Assembly (NCBI RefSeq): GCF_009914755.1
Contig: NC_060930.1
Length of the DNA stretch: 64,000 bases
DNA from: the human T2T-CHM13v2.0 reference genome, Homo sapiens
Reading direction: 5' to 3' (one strand)
The notes beneath the pieces were generated by a model, which had not been told where the DNA came from, ran no database searches, and saw nothing but the letters and a program-made list of their open reading frames with translations. How positions within the stretch are numbered: the stretch's first letter is position 1; the number at the start of each line of letters is the position of its first letter. A program made the position numbers and the translations under genes. Below are positions 1-18,124 of the stretch, piece by piece.

Positions 1-110
1 TCAAATAAATTTGTCATGCTTTTCTCTTGTTAACCTGTCTTTTGTTATAGGGGTGTTGGCCGTGAGCCTTAGGATAAGGAAGAAAGGGATCACCCCTTTC
101 TGCTCTCACA
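1..110 (+). mobile_element. 3' end of an ERV1 LTR, MER34/MER39-like (cut by the window edge)
   Basis: AATAAA followed by tttgtcatgcttttctcttgttaacctgtcttttgttatagggg, ending in ..ctcaca; resembles the U5 end of the LTR at 3116-3601. Confidence 0.6.
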
Positions 111-3100
111 CATCAGGGGCATCTCTTTAGGATGATGTTGTTGCATCTAAATGCAAGACAAACAGGAAATTTGTCTTTCCTGGTGGACAAAAGGATTCTT
201 AATACATCGTGATCCTGCCAAGTAGAGAAGGTGGCCTGCTGACATATCTGCAAACTAAATACCAGAAAGTTAACCCGATTTTCCTTCTCCTTCTTTTTTC
301 TGTTGGATAGTCAGCAGGTGTAATAGCGTAGTCTAAAAGGAGCGACCCACGGGGTCTTTCTCCTTGCCGCAGCTGCAGGCTTCTTATTTTCTTAAAAAAG
401 CAAAAAGCAGGGCGCCGGCAAGGACATCCATTGACCTCCACTGCGGCTGTGTTGGGCACACAGAGGCACTCTGCTTCGTGGTGCCCTGGGCTGCTGCCAG
501 CCCCGTTTGCTCTGAGCTGAATGAGGGGGCTCAGTTCTGTTTAGGGACTTCCCATTCGCAGCCAGCATCGTGAGTGCATGAGCCGGAAGCCAAGGCTGCT
601 CTGTCTGCACCTGTTCCCCGTCAAAGAGCTGTAGGAGGGCGAGTTAAAGAGTTAAAAAGTGACAGAGGTTGTCAAACTTTACTCTACCCCAAGGGCCAAG
701 AGATGCTCCTGACTGCCTCTTACAAGAAATTTGCAGACACGTGCACTTGGGTTTGACTCACTTAACATGTCAAGACATCAGATCTTCACGTCATGAGCAA
801 GGGGCACAAGGTAAGGGCCAGAAGAGCTTTGCTGGCCAATGGGAAACAATGTTGAAATTTGCTACAAATTACTTAGAGGGAACAATCAGATAAGGAGAAG
901 TTCAGACCTCAGGTTGCTTACAGCAATGCGTTTACACAGTCATTCAACATTGTTCTGTGGATGCACGAGTCACAGCACAGCTGCCATAAAATCAATCCCA
1001 TAAGGTGACAGACCCTACAGAGAAGCCACATGGGCAGTGAGCAACTCAGGGAAAGAAACCACAGAGAGGAGGGGTAGACACCCTACGGTTTGAGTCCAGG
1101 TATCTTGGGAAATTGTCACTTCTTTTGTGGGGGTGCTTACATATTCAGAAGCATGACTGGAGTGTAATCTGATCATTTAATCCATATAACCTGGTAATAT
1201 ATTATAATTAATGTCAGAAGTATTTCTCAACCTCTTATCAGGTTTCTCTGCAATGTAAATAAATATTGCCCCAGTGTACCACCCTTTCTACGGCACTGAG
1301 GAAGGCCAGTTGTGCCCAGACTAACCTTCTGGGCCCCCTGCACAAAAAGACACGGGGGCAGTTAGGGTGGGAAGTTAGGATGGATGAATCCTACCTATCC
1401 CATGGCAAGCCAGACATCAGGTACTTAGAGGATGACATGGCAGAAGCAGTGAGACCCATCTTCAATGGAACGTAGGCTTTTGGGTCATTTGTTAAGCAGG
1501 ATGATTTTAGAAATCAATATCTGGTCTATTGAGGTCTATGCAACCTGCTTGGCTAAGGTGACGTCTACCTGAGACAAAAATGATAGAAATAGGTTGTCTC
1601 ACAGTGACGGGTGCCATCTGTCCTCTACGCAGCTAAGATGGAAAAGCAGTGGGAGCAAAGGGGAGGGTCAGCAGAGCAGCAGAGCCTGGACTGTAGCCCA
1701 GCCTGGCCCTAATGTATCCGTGTCACCAGGGCAAGTTCTAATACCTCTTGTAACAGGGCCATTATCCCTAAGTCAGAGAGCTGATGGATGAGATCGCATA
1801 GGACTATTACTGAGCACAGTGGCTTCAATAGTTGGAAGTTATTCACGGAGACACTTTCACCCTCTCTATTCCTCCCTTGTTTTCTTCCTCGGTGCACCCC
1901 ATCCATCCGTCACGTGCCTTGTTCTCCTTCCTCAACTTCCTGCTGCCCACTTGCATCACAGCAGGGTGGGCTGGGTGTAGGGCTCCTGGCCAGGCACAGT
2001 GGCAGGTGATCTGTGGGAGGATCGCAGAGCCTCCCAGAGGGAAGGCAGCTTAGAAGACAGTAGGCAGCACCATCTGACACTTCAATTCCTCAACACCTGT
2101 CCCAAGTAGTTACACGGAAATGCTTTCAGTATTGGCTGAACCCAGGCTGTTGTTGGACTTTACAGATTGCTGGAAATATCTTCCTCATAGCACAACAGGA
2201 TTCATCTTCCAGAACTTTCCACACATTTGGACACTATTCTCCCTTTTGGGGTCAGGTAGATTAAGTTAAAACCTTCCTACACAGAACTTTGGATATTTGA
2301 AGCTTCTGTTTACCTCCAACTCTTGTCTTTTCAGAGTAAATGTTCCCAGCTCCCCACATAGTGAACATGTTCTTCTCACCACCACCAGGGACAGCCCTGA
2401 ACTCTGTTTTGGTTTATCTCTTGCCTCCAGGGGAGGAGTCTGGGGCCTGGCACATCACTTGGGTGGGTCCCCCGGGTGCGCTGTAGAGCCAGCGGTTATC
2501 TCCTCCTGCAGAGCTGGGGCTAACATCCCTCAGTGAGTTCAGTGTGCAGAAGGCAACTCTAAACCACTTCTATTGCCATCCTGCTGAGCGAGGCTTCCGG
2601 GAGGGCTGACTAGAACTCTCCTTGGGCTTTCTTCATCAGTGTCGTTCTGATTTTATTCATTTCTCTTTACTGGTTCTATTTTCCCTACAAAATGTTAGCT
2701 CTGTGCCGATATCCTTTGAGGCAGGAAATTGGAATTCGCCTGGTGATGATAGGAGGCATCTGTTGGGGGAGGAGGGGGCATGAGGGTGGCTAACTCACCC
2801 CTCCTGTGGTTCCCACTCCACTTTCCTCTTATACTCCCGGCCTTCACACCAAGCCTGTAGCTCTAGAAATCACAAAAGGACTGGACCCTGTTCTTTAAAA
2901 GGCAAAGCATGAGTCTAACACAAAACCACAGAGAGGATCCAGCGGACTTCACGGGTGTAATTTTGAAGAGTTCTAGGGAATCATTTTGTAAAAGACCCAG
3001 TTAAGTAAGTACTAAGTTTTCTTTTTCTCAGATATTCATTTTTAAAGGCTGTATTATTACTCTATGTAAAATTAAGTGCAAAGTATTTGGTTTGGCCCTG

Positions 3101-3115
3101 GGCTTCCAAGTTAGT

Positions 3116-3788
<673 letters not shown>

Positions 3789-4569
3789 CATGCCACAGGA
3801 CCACTGCTCAGAGCTCTTTGGTCTGGCAACCCTGGACCTTCACATGGTTTTGTTTGCCAAAGCAAAGTCCTTATTAATATCCAAATACAGTTTGAGTTTT
3901 CTTGGGCTTTATCCTCTCCAGAAACCCAGGAGTGTGTCAACTTCTTGGTTGCATTGCTTTCTTCAAAGAGAGAGTGAATCTGGTAGAGATAGAAAGGATG
4001 TCCTTTACGTATCCCACAGCGGCCTCACGGAGAACGATAAGAGAACAATCATTAAAACTTTCATTGCCATAATTTTCTGCTTTCGTTTTTTAAAAGTTTG
4101 GGTTAGCAACCAATTTCCTCCTTGACCAGGTGATTTTTTCCTTAGACTGTTTATCCAGAGCATTAAGGAAAACAGAGCATACCACCCTCCCACCATAGCT
4201 GATAAGGGGATTCAACACAGGTGCGTGTGCTAGAGTTAAGGGAACATATTATGCTAACATGAATCTAGACTGACTTAAAAAATAGATGTCTGAAGCAAGT
4301 CTTTTAATTCACAGCAAGGCTGTGGCTCACCACTGGAAGTGTAACTGTTGTAATCTGGCTAGAGAGGAAAGTCCATTACATTTTAATTTTTTTATGACTT
4401 CATTCAGCCTGGAGCAGGGTGAAGTGGATAAAAGAGAGAGTTGTCGTCTTAGAAAAATTGCTGATTTCAGATCAGAAGAAGGAAATCAACATCAAGAGCC
4501 TGGGACATTCTGTTGGGCCAAAACAAAATAAACAAAACAAGAAAGCTGAGACTATTGACTATGTTGACA

Positions 4570-5690
<1,121 letters not shown>

Positions 5691-5886
5691 AGCCACCAAA
5701 ATGTAGTCACTGTGACAAAGGACATTACCCATGAGCCACGTCGGGCCTTCTGATCCTTGTGCCTCTGGGGGCATCCTTGGTCAGCTTTCAGTGGCTTTCT
5801 TACTTTATTAGTTTCAAAAGACCTTCCTAAATCCATCCACTTGTTCTTTTAGTTTTTTACTGCCTCATTTTTCCTACTGTACAAGT

Positions 5887-9328
<3,442 letters not shown>

Positions 9329-10135
9329 TGTGATACTGTACTATAGTAAGAAATATCTATTGGTCTCTGCCCCGAGTTCCTGGCACAGACCTCCCAAAAA
9401 CCCTTGTAATTTCCTGGGCAATAGGGGTGCTAGGTGCATCTTTTATTCTGATGTTTGGTCTTTGACTCTGGTTCCTGACACAAAACTCCTAACCCCTGGC
9501 ATTTCCTGGGTGGCAGGAGCGTCTTTTTTTCCTGGTGGACTCCTGCATGGGGGCTGGTCACCAGAAAGACCAAGCCATCTCCTCTGGGAAGAGAAGAGGG
9601 GCTGGAAATGGAGTTAATAATCAATGACACGTATGTGATGAAGCTGCCATAAAAATCCCTGAACTGCAGGGTGTGGAGAGCTTCTGGGTTGTTGGACATG
9701 GGGGAGTGCCTGGAGGGAGGGAAGGTTCCCTCTGTGCCCCATCCTCATGCTCTACCCTGTGCATCTCTCCATCTGGTGCTCATCTGTATCCTTTACAATA
9801 TCCTTGATATTAGTAGTAAACTGGTAAATGTAAGTAAACTGTTCCCCGGAGTTCCATGAGATGCTTTAGCAAATGAATCAAACCTGAGGCGGAAGTCATG
9901 GGAACTCCTGATTTATAGCTGATTCATTGGAAGTTCTGGAGGTCCAGCCTTGCAATTGGCATCATACAGGCAGTTTTGTGGGACTGGGCCCTTAACTTGT
10001 GGATGGCAACTCCCAGTAGATACTGTCAGAATTGATGTGTGGGGAAAAACCCGGACATCTGGTCACAGAAGTGTTCTGTGCTGTGCTGAGAGCATAGGAG
10101 GGGAAATCAGTTTGCTTGTGTTTTCCTGCCACGTA
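9329..10135 (+). mobile_element. MER21-family LTR (3' LTR of the ERVL remnant)
   Basis: tgtgatactg..aagaaatatctattggtctctgccc..ttcctggcacaga; internal repeated ttcctg(g/a)cacaxxxctcc block; gggggctggtcaccagaaagaccaagccat. Confidence 0.8.
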
Positions 10136-10286
10136 ACAGAGCCTCTTCTGGGAGAACCTAGGATTCTCTTCTTTCAAGCCTGATGGACACAAAGGACTTC
10201 ATCTCCCTGGGTCCTTCCTTCTACACAGGATTTTCTTTTTAAGGCTTTTAAGCACAATCACCATGGAAAAAAAGGACAGAAGGTTA

Positions 10287-10711
10287 CTGTTGGGTTCCCC
10301 CAAAATATATGTTGAAGTCCTAACCCCCAGCACTTCAGAGGTGACCCTGTTTGGAGACAGGGCTGTTACAGATGTAATTACTTGAGGTCCTGCTGGGGTA
10401 GGTGGGCCACTGGTCCGATGTGCCTGGTGTCCTTACAAGAAGAGAAGAGACATATGCACATGGCTGTGGAGATGCAGGCAGAGGCTGGAGCGCTGCAGCT
10501 GTGAGCTAGGGAACACCAGGGATCCACGTCCACCCCAGGAGCTGGGAGAGGCAAGGAAGCGTTCTCCCTTACAGATTTCAGAGGCGGCATGGCCCTGCTG
10601 ACACCTTGGTACCAGACTTCTGGCCTCTAGAACCATGGGAGAATAAATTTCTGTTGGTTTCAGCCACCCAGTTTGCGGTCCTTTGTCACCACAGCCCTAG
10701 AAGCCAACACA
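10287..10711 (+). mobile_element. MaLR solo LTR, MLT1C-like
   Basis: cccccaaaatatatgttgaagtcctaacccccag..gagaataaatttctgttggtttcagccacccagtttgcggtcctttgt..aacaca. Confidence 0.85.
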
Positions 10712-10852
10712 ACTATGGCAGGGGGTTCCAGAATCTAGTAGTAATTCTGTGATGTGCTTCACGGCAAGGTGGGGAGCATCTTTGCTGATCGGCTTCTCAC
10801 TGAAATCTCCAGGCCCTCATAGTCTCACTCCTGTATTCCTAGGGACAAAGCA

Positions 10853-11205
10853 TGCTATAGTCTGAATTTTGGTGTCCCTTGCCAAATTCATATGTTGGAA
10901 ACTGATGCCCAATGTGATAGTATTAAGAGGTGGGGCCTCTGGGAAGTGATTAAGTCACAAGGACCCCACCCTCGTGAATGGGATTAGCGCCCTTATAAAG
11001 AGACTTGAGTGAGCTTCCTCGCCCTTGCTGCCATGTGAGAAGGCAGCAACAGGACACCATCTATGAAACCTCACAAGACCCTTAATCTGCTGGCATCTTG
11101 ACCTTGGACTTTTGAGCCTTCTGAACTGCGAGCAATACATTTCTGTTGTTTATGAATTGGTCAGTTTAAGGTATTTTGTTACAGCAGCTCAAACGGATTA
11201 AGACA
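10853..11205 (+). mobile_element. MaLR solo LTR, MSTD/MLT1A-like
   Basis: tgctatagtctgaat..gaggtggggcct..gtattttgttacagcagctcaaacggattaagaca; TG..CA termini. Confidence 0.85.
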
Positions 11206-11994
11206 GAGCCCAACCAAACACCCGCTCCTTGGATCGCTCCCCTCCTTCCTTTTGTTGCCTCTCCCCTCATTAAGGAACGGGAAGGGAAAGATGAGGGATA
11301 AACAAGCGTGGTGACGGATTGGTCCTAGACTGATGCGGATGACGTATGCATCAGAGATTTCCTGGGCCTTGCTCTGACTTTGGTCTTCCAGCAGTGCGCA
11401 GGCCTGCTCTGCCCCGCTCTGCCCCGCTCTGCTGGCCTCAGCCTTCCTCATTCATCATTGTTCACCTCACTCCCATCCACCTTCTTCCCTTTTTCCCAAA
11501 CCTATCCTGATGAGAAGTTTGAATTCTGTTTTAAGGAAAGACCTTCCAATGCAGTGTGGAGTGAGGGCCATTCCCACATACATACACACTCCATACTCTT
11601 TTGAAGCGATTTTGTGAATTACAAAACCACCATAATTTTCAGGAGTAGTGGCATGTCTTAGTAGGAAATGTTGAATGGAATCACAAAAAGCTTGAGAATA
11701 AGAAAAATAAAAAGATAGGATGTGCTGACATTTTTGAAAGCCCTAAAATAATTTGGTGCCCATAGTGGGAACCTTGTCATACTTATTTACATAGTATGGA
11801 AGGCTATTTGACAAAAAAATCAAATGAGGTATAGGAATAGTAACTCATTATAAATTGGGGACAATAAAGCCAAATTCCACTGGATTTTAAAGTTATACAA
11901 ATGATTCTCTAGTCCCTAAATTAGGGATATAAAAGTCCGTAGGCAGCTTTGGGGCTGAAAGGGGTTCAGTAAGCATCTTGCTGTATAATGGAGC

Positions 11995-12320
11995 AAGTCC
12001 TGACCCAGAAAAGAATCTGCACTTTGTCCCAGATGGGCTATAACTTGCTCTGTGACTGCCATCATGTGTGTTCTGGCAGAGATTCATAGGCAGGCAGAGG
12101 AGTGGGGAAGCTTCATAGCAGAAAACGGAAGGTGTCAGGTGTGTGCTGACTGGAGGCTGCTGGCCGGGGAAGCTGGAAGGAAGTGGGCTATCCAGAGGTG
12201 GTGTATCCATCCTCTGTAGTTGGTTAGGGCACTTAGTTCACTCTCTCCAGTTGGGGTTGATTGTAGAGTTCTAACTTTTTACGTGGTCTGGCCATTGTCC
12301 ATGTGTATATTCAGTCTCTC
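11995..12320 (-). mobile_element. ERV1 LTR fragment, MER67-like
   Basis: Reverse complement begins gagagactgaatatacacatggacaatggccagacca..agaactct. Confidence 0.5.
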
Positions 12321-12669
12321 CCAAGCTAGTCATCTGGTAAGTGACCAATAAGCTTTAGTTACTCAATACAAAGAAACCAAACCAGCATTAGATGGGGAGG
12401 AGAGTTCCATCTAGAGATCTAACACTGTGATAGTGGAAGCAGTCCCAAAGAATGATAGCCTATGATACCATGCTTGGGGGTGTGGCCTTCCGGTCTCATC
12501 AGAAAAAGTACAGAGCTCAGAGCAGAATCACATGGAAGCAGCTCTCCCCTAGACTCTCCTAGATGTTAGGTCTCTGAGATCATAGTAATGCAGTCAGCAA
12601 TGAAACCTACCTGGTTAATTAGAGAAACACAGCTCCATCGATGTAAGACAGAAGTCTGGTAAGCCTTCT

Positions 12670-13100
12670 TATGGAAAATTCTTTACCTATTTTCCCTTCA
12701 AATATTGTTTCTGCTCCATTCTCTCAACTTTCTCTCAACTGGAATCTTTCCATAAATAAGTTGGAGCTTTTCATTCTTTTCTCCATTTCTTTTCACTTTT
12801 TGTCTATATTTTCTATCTTTTTAGTTCTCTGGGTCAAAGTCTATTTTGTGTTCTCAGATGTAGTTTCGGCTCACTAGTTTTCCCTTCTGTTGCGTTTGGC
12901 TTACAGTCTAACTTGTCTGTGGCATTTTATTTTAATGGCTGAATTTGTACTTATGGTGTTTTTTCAGTCAATCTCCTTGTTCTTTTTAAATGTAATTTTG
13001 CATTCTTATATTACACATTAAATACTTCCTTTATATGTTCAAACTTTGAAAACAGACCCACTTAAAATATTTTTCACATTCCCTTATTTTTCTGTTCCTG
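12670..13100 (-). mobile_element. Highly decayed L1 fragment
   Basis: T-rich strand with antisense L1-like phrases (ttcaaatattgtttctgctccattctctc); boundaries approximate. Confidence 0.4.
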
Positions 13101-13289
13101 GGAGTGAGTTACCCCCAACTCTTAGCTTTATTTGGGGAAGTCAGTTTCAGCTTCTCATCACATACAGGCTTGAGGCCACAAATTCTGTTTCTCCTTGAGT
13201 ACTAAACTCCAGTGCCAAGGGATTCACTGCACCCCATGGACTCAAATCATGTTGAAACTCAAGAGCCACCTCTCTGATTTCAGTTTCCT

Positions 13290-13325
13290 TCTATGACTTT
13301 ATGACTCTATGACTCTATGACTCTA
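13290..13325. repeat. 8-bp tandem repeat (CTATGACT), about 4 copies
   Basis: ctatgactttatgactctatgactctatgactcta. Confidence 0.9.
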
Positions 13326-13429
13326 GCACCTTTCTTGCTTTTGAGCTCTCTTTCCCACAATGGTTCTATTCAGCATTTATCTGTGGGAGGAGCAGCCAGG
13401 TCTGCTCAGTCTCACATGTTAACCAGTGT

Positions 13430-13740
13430 CAATGAGTATTTGTAATGCACCTACTGTATGCCCACTGGGGCTAGGCACTGAGGATACAGAAATAAACAAG
13501 GCATGGGCTTTTCCCTCAAGAAATTTATAGTCCAAAGGACCAGACAGCAAATGAACCAACATTTATAATAAAATGCAAGATGTGTGATGGTACAAGTACT
13601 GCAGGTTTTATGGAAGTCCAGGGGGGCATCTGACTCAGGCTTAAGGGGAAGTAAGGGGAGGTCAGCAAAGAAAATGCATGTTCTTCTAAGCAAAGATCTT
13701 ATTGGAACAAATGAATGAGAAAGGGCATTTTTGTGGGGAA
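13430..13740 (-). mobile_element. L2 3' fragment
   Basis: gcacctactgtatgcc..ctaggcactgaggatacagaaataaacaag..ccctcaagaaatttatagtc, typical antisense L2 3' end. Confidence 0.7.
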
Positions 13741-14148
13741 AGCATTTTGGCTTTATTTTCTTTTTAAATCTGTGTGTAGGCCCTAAACCCACAGTCGTAC
13801 ACGGACATCCTTGCCTCCCTACTTCTCATAGTATGAGGCTTTCGTGACTTGCGTGTTTCCTTTTGGCACCAAAGGTATCATCTGATGAATCATTTATTCA
13901 GCAAACATCATGCAAACAGTTATTAAGGTCACTTCCCAAAAGGTTAATTTTACTGCTTGGATATAGGTTATAACCTGGAAGACTTTGAATCATTGCCAAC
14001 TGCCATTGTAAATATTTATGAGAAGTTTGTTCCCAATGTCTTAGGAAGCTTTATTCTGTTGTTTTTGTTTTTCTGTATACATTAACATGGATAAAGAAAT
14101 ATCCATGTTATGTGCCATCCACATATTTTTGGTAAGGTATAAAAATTA

Positions 14149-14454
<306 letters not shown>

Positions 14455-14525
14455 CTATCTGTAGGACCATAAGATGTTTAAGCTGGATGTTACCTTGTTG
14501 AAAATGAGGTAAATCTAGGTGAAAA

Positions 14526-14688
14526 CAGGGTTTCTTACCCTCAGTACAATTGAAATTTTGGGTCAGATAATTCTGTGTTGTTGAGGGGCTTTTCTGTGTA
14601 TTGTAGGATGTTGAGCAGCGTCTCTGGTCTTTATTGACTAGGTGCCCATAGTCATGACATGCTGCATGTCCCCAGATGAGAACGGCTG
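14526..14688 (-). mobile_element. MER20 (hAT-Charlie) DNA transposon, internally deleted
   Basis: cagggtttcttaccctcagtacaattgaaattttgggtcagataattct..tgtaggatgttgagcagc..gagaacggctg. Confidence 0.75.
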
Positions 14689-15963
14689 GTCCAGATTCTT
14701 TATTCTAGAGCTAAGAAATGAAGGCTCAGAAAGGGAGGGTGATATGGCTTAGACAGCCAGTGAGAATCAGAATTTGGACCAGCACCTCTGGGTTGCTGAC
14801 TTTATAAGGCTCTTCTCACAAAAATGAACTGCAACAAAACCTGCTGGCTAATATTAGCCTCTCAATCCCATTTGCATCAGAGCCCTGGGCTCAGACCCTC
14901 AGAATAATGTAGCTTCTATTGAAATACTCAAATTTGGCAAGCTTGTCCTGTTTGAGTTGTCTCCAATTCACTTAAGAACCAGGATTTTTGTGAAATTTCA
15001 ATGACAGTCATTGAGTTGATTCTGAGTGACCAAAATGTTCCTTCCAAACTCACACTCTTTTTCAACAAGTGTCTGTTTCTCTTTCCGTCTGCTTGTGAAA
15101 AAACAAATCCTTTGAGCCAGTCCCAGAGGATTATTTTATACTTGATCATTTTCCATGGTACTAATGATTGAGTGACTGCATGCATGCTTGCCAAACAGTA
15201 AATAAATCCGTACATAGCTTTTGTTCATTTGATAATCGGGTGTAATATATGCAAAGTTAAAGTTCACTTCATGAAAACACCCGGTTTTATTTGAGGTTTT
15301 TTCTTCTGGTCAGTGAACCCAAAGGCCTAGGGAAAAAAATCAATTCACATTTTTGAAACACTGTGGTCCTGCCATTTGCCTCTCATTCATCATGTTGACA
15401 AACAAGTGTAAGGGAAAACAGAGGGTGAATGAGACCAGGCTCCAGAATGTTCTTCCTCGGGGAGCGTACCGTTGCGGGCGCAGCCCTCTCTGGTTGGCAA
15501 GAGGCTCCCTCACCTCCAGGTTGCCCAGGGTCATTTGGCAGGCCTGTGTTGGATTCTGACACTTTGCAGAGCTGTTGTCACTGAGACCAGCGGCTTGTGG
15601 TTGGGAAAGACCACCCGAGCCAGCGAGTGATCAGTGACATTCAAGCTAAGCTCAATTTATGTCAGTATGCCAGTGACGAAATTCACAACTTGATTCTCCC
15701 TCAGGGCTGCCGAGTGTCTGACGGGACAAATCCTTCCAATGGCCGCAGCAGGTGCTTCTTCTAGCCCTGTGTTGCAATGACCTGCAGCTCCTGGGGATAA
15801 CTCAGGCACGCTGCTGACGCCATCAGGAGGCTCAACACCCTCACCCGCTTACGCTACGACCAGCAAAAGCAAACCCCGCAGCTGCCTGCCAGCCGGGAAG
15901 AAGGACTGTGTTTCCATGTTGTGAGTCTCCTCATTGCAGCCAGATGATGAATTTGCTGCTGGC

Positions 15964-16277
15964 TTTGTGCGAAACCGAGAAATACCCAGCGTCCAGCTGA
16001 GGGCCCGGGTGGCAACAAAATCAAGCTGATGAATTAAAGAAATATGGCCTGGTCAGGATGCCTGGAGGCCTCAGAGTTCTGATCTTTCTTCTGAGTTACT
16101 ACATCTTCTGAACTGCTCCCAGGATGGTGTTTGTGATAAGTTGGTTTGCCCAGTAAAACTGTCGCCCAGTGGAGGCAAGCCCTACCTCCTGTCCTTTCTC
16201 ATGCAGTGGTGTGGAGCGTGGTGGGGAAGAAAGGGCGTTCGACAGCAAGTCAAAAACTTTGGATTTCATTTGTGGCT
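15964..16277 (+). repeat. Local direct duplication, copy 1 (314 bp, non-TE)
   Basis: Ungapped match to 18125-18438 with about 16 substitutions by manual count. Confidence 0.97.
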
Positions 16278-18124
16278 GTGACACTGGGTTGGGGTCAGTG
16301 GCTCAGTGTTGGGAGGGTCTCATTTCTCTCCAACTCCATAGGGCTGTGAGATCACCCACAGCTTTGATTTGCATGTCCAAGCTCATCCCAGCACTTTCTC
16401 CTCAGAATCTGGCTAACATTTCAAGTCACTCACTAGCTTCCAGAACTATGGTTAGCTCAGACTCAGTTGTAGCTTCCCCAAACTGTCATCCTACTGTTTT
16501 TATCTTACAGCTGAAGGAACTGAATCCCAAACAGCCCGAGCAACCCATTCAGAATCACACCACAGATTTCCTCACCCCTCTTCCACACCACAGAGCCTTC
16601 CCATTTTTACATGTCTTTTATATTAAGACAAAACCAAAAACTCATAATTAAGTCAGTAGTGTAGAAACCTGAAGGATATTTTGTTATAAAAGGTTCACTG
16701 TAAACCAGGATTTAGAAAATGCAAACCCTTGGGTAAAATGAAGTGTTTTCAGGACACTCACCAGCAGGATCCCTGGCCCCAATTCTGAGAATGTGACCAT
16801 AAGGACAAGAGGCCTGACTGGTCACCCCAGGCCAGGCCACCTCTCTGACAGTCTGGGATTCTCCCTGCATGCCCCAGATCCATCCTAATGATGAAGCTCA
16901 GGTGCTGAGAGCAACTGATCAGATGTTGGCAGGATCATCTAAATCCATAGGCAGCCAAGCAGCCACTCTACTTTGCCTGGCAGAGCTGCAGCAGGCACCT
17001 GCAGACACCACCCAAGAGACAGTTCTGCAGTGGCTGAAATGTCTGGAATCTGTACTCCTGGAGCAGCGGCGAGTGGGCACAGGTGGCTATGGAGACTTAG
17101 AATGGGGCTAGTGCAAGTGGGAAACTGCATTTGCAGTTTTATGTCATTCTAACTGGTTTAAAGTTTATGCAGCCACATGTGGTTAGCGACTAAGGCACTG
17201 GACAACACAGTTAGAAAAGTCCCTCTCCTGGGCACTGCCAGCTGCAGGCACATTCCTAACCTAAGATGTCCTGCTTGTTCCTCTGGGTGTGTGGGCTGCA
17301 GTCTCAGTGTCTGCTCGCGCATGTGGACACACCTGCCTTTGCCAGCACATAACTCACCCACCCGTTCGCACACACATACACATGCACCCAATTCACCTTG
17401 ACTTTGAGTGTCCATGTCTTTTCTTGGCCCCACCTGCAGTCTTGATGCCCCAGGTAGGAATCTTGGCATGTTGAGGGAGGGGCCTGTGGGAAGCAAACTG
17501 CATTCTCGTCCTTACTCCGTGATCGTCAAGGATTCACCCCTGCCATCTTCTCCCCCTGACCTCAGCGAGAGCACTGTTCAGCAGTTTGCCTAACCGAGAA
17601 TCCACAGCTTCTCGTCCCTGTCTGGCTCCCTGTCTCGGAAGCAATGTTCTCGCGTCTTCCTCCAGACAGGCAGCTGCTGGCATCTTCACAGCTCCCTCTC
17701 TCCGCGGCTGAAGTCAGGACCCACAGATGGTGCCGCTCGTTTTCCTCAGCAGCTCTGCTTACCGCATTTACAGGGGTGGCAGAAGCCAGTGCGAATGAAT
17801 ATTAAATCAACTAAGGCAGAACTTCTCAAAATACACTCCTCAAAACAGGTTTTTTCTTTTTTCTTTTTTTTTTAACCCCACAAACTGAGTCCATTTTGGC
17901 TTCAGCGAAAACCACACTCTCACCTTCCTTTCTGTGAATTACCAGGAAATAGTTCAATTTTACTTTTTTTTTTTTTTTCTGTCAAACATTTTCTTCCTAA
18001 ACTTTTTGGCTGCTACCTGTTTTCAAGCAGACGGCTAATCCGGTAGCAAATGAACTGGGTTTTTCTTAGGCTTGACATATCTCTGTCAACAGCCTTTTTC
18101 TTTTTTTTAAACTAAGCCCAGATT

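Noticed and set aside
16169-16651. 160-aa ORF, and ORFs at 16146 and 18367 that share peptide sequence
   Set aside because: The similarity simply reflects the 314-bp DNA duplication; no recognisable domain and frames are not preserved between copies
17718-17736. Possible CTCF site cccacagatggtgccgc
   Set aside because: Three mismatches to the core consensus; too weak without ChIP data
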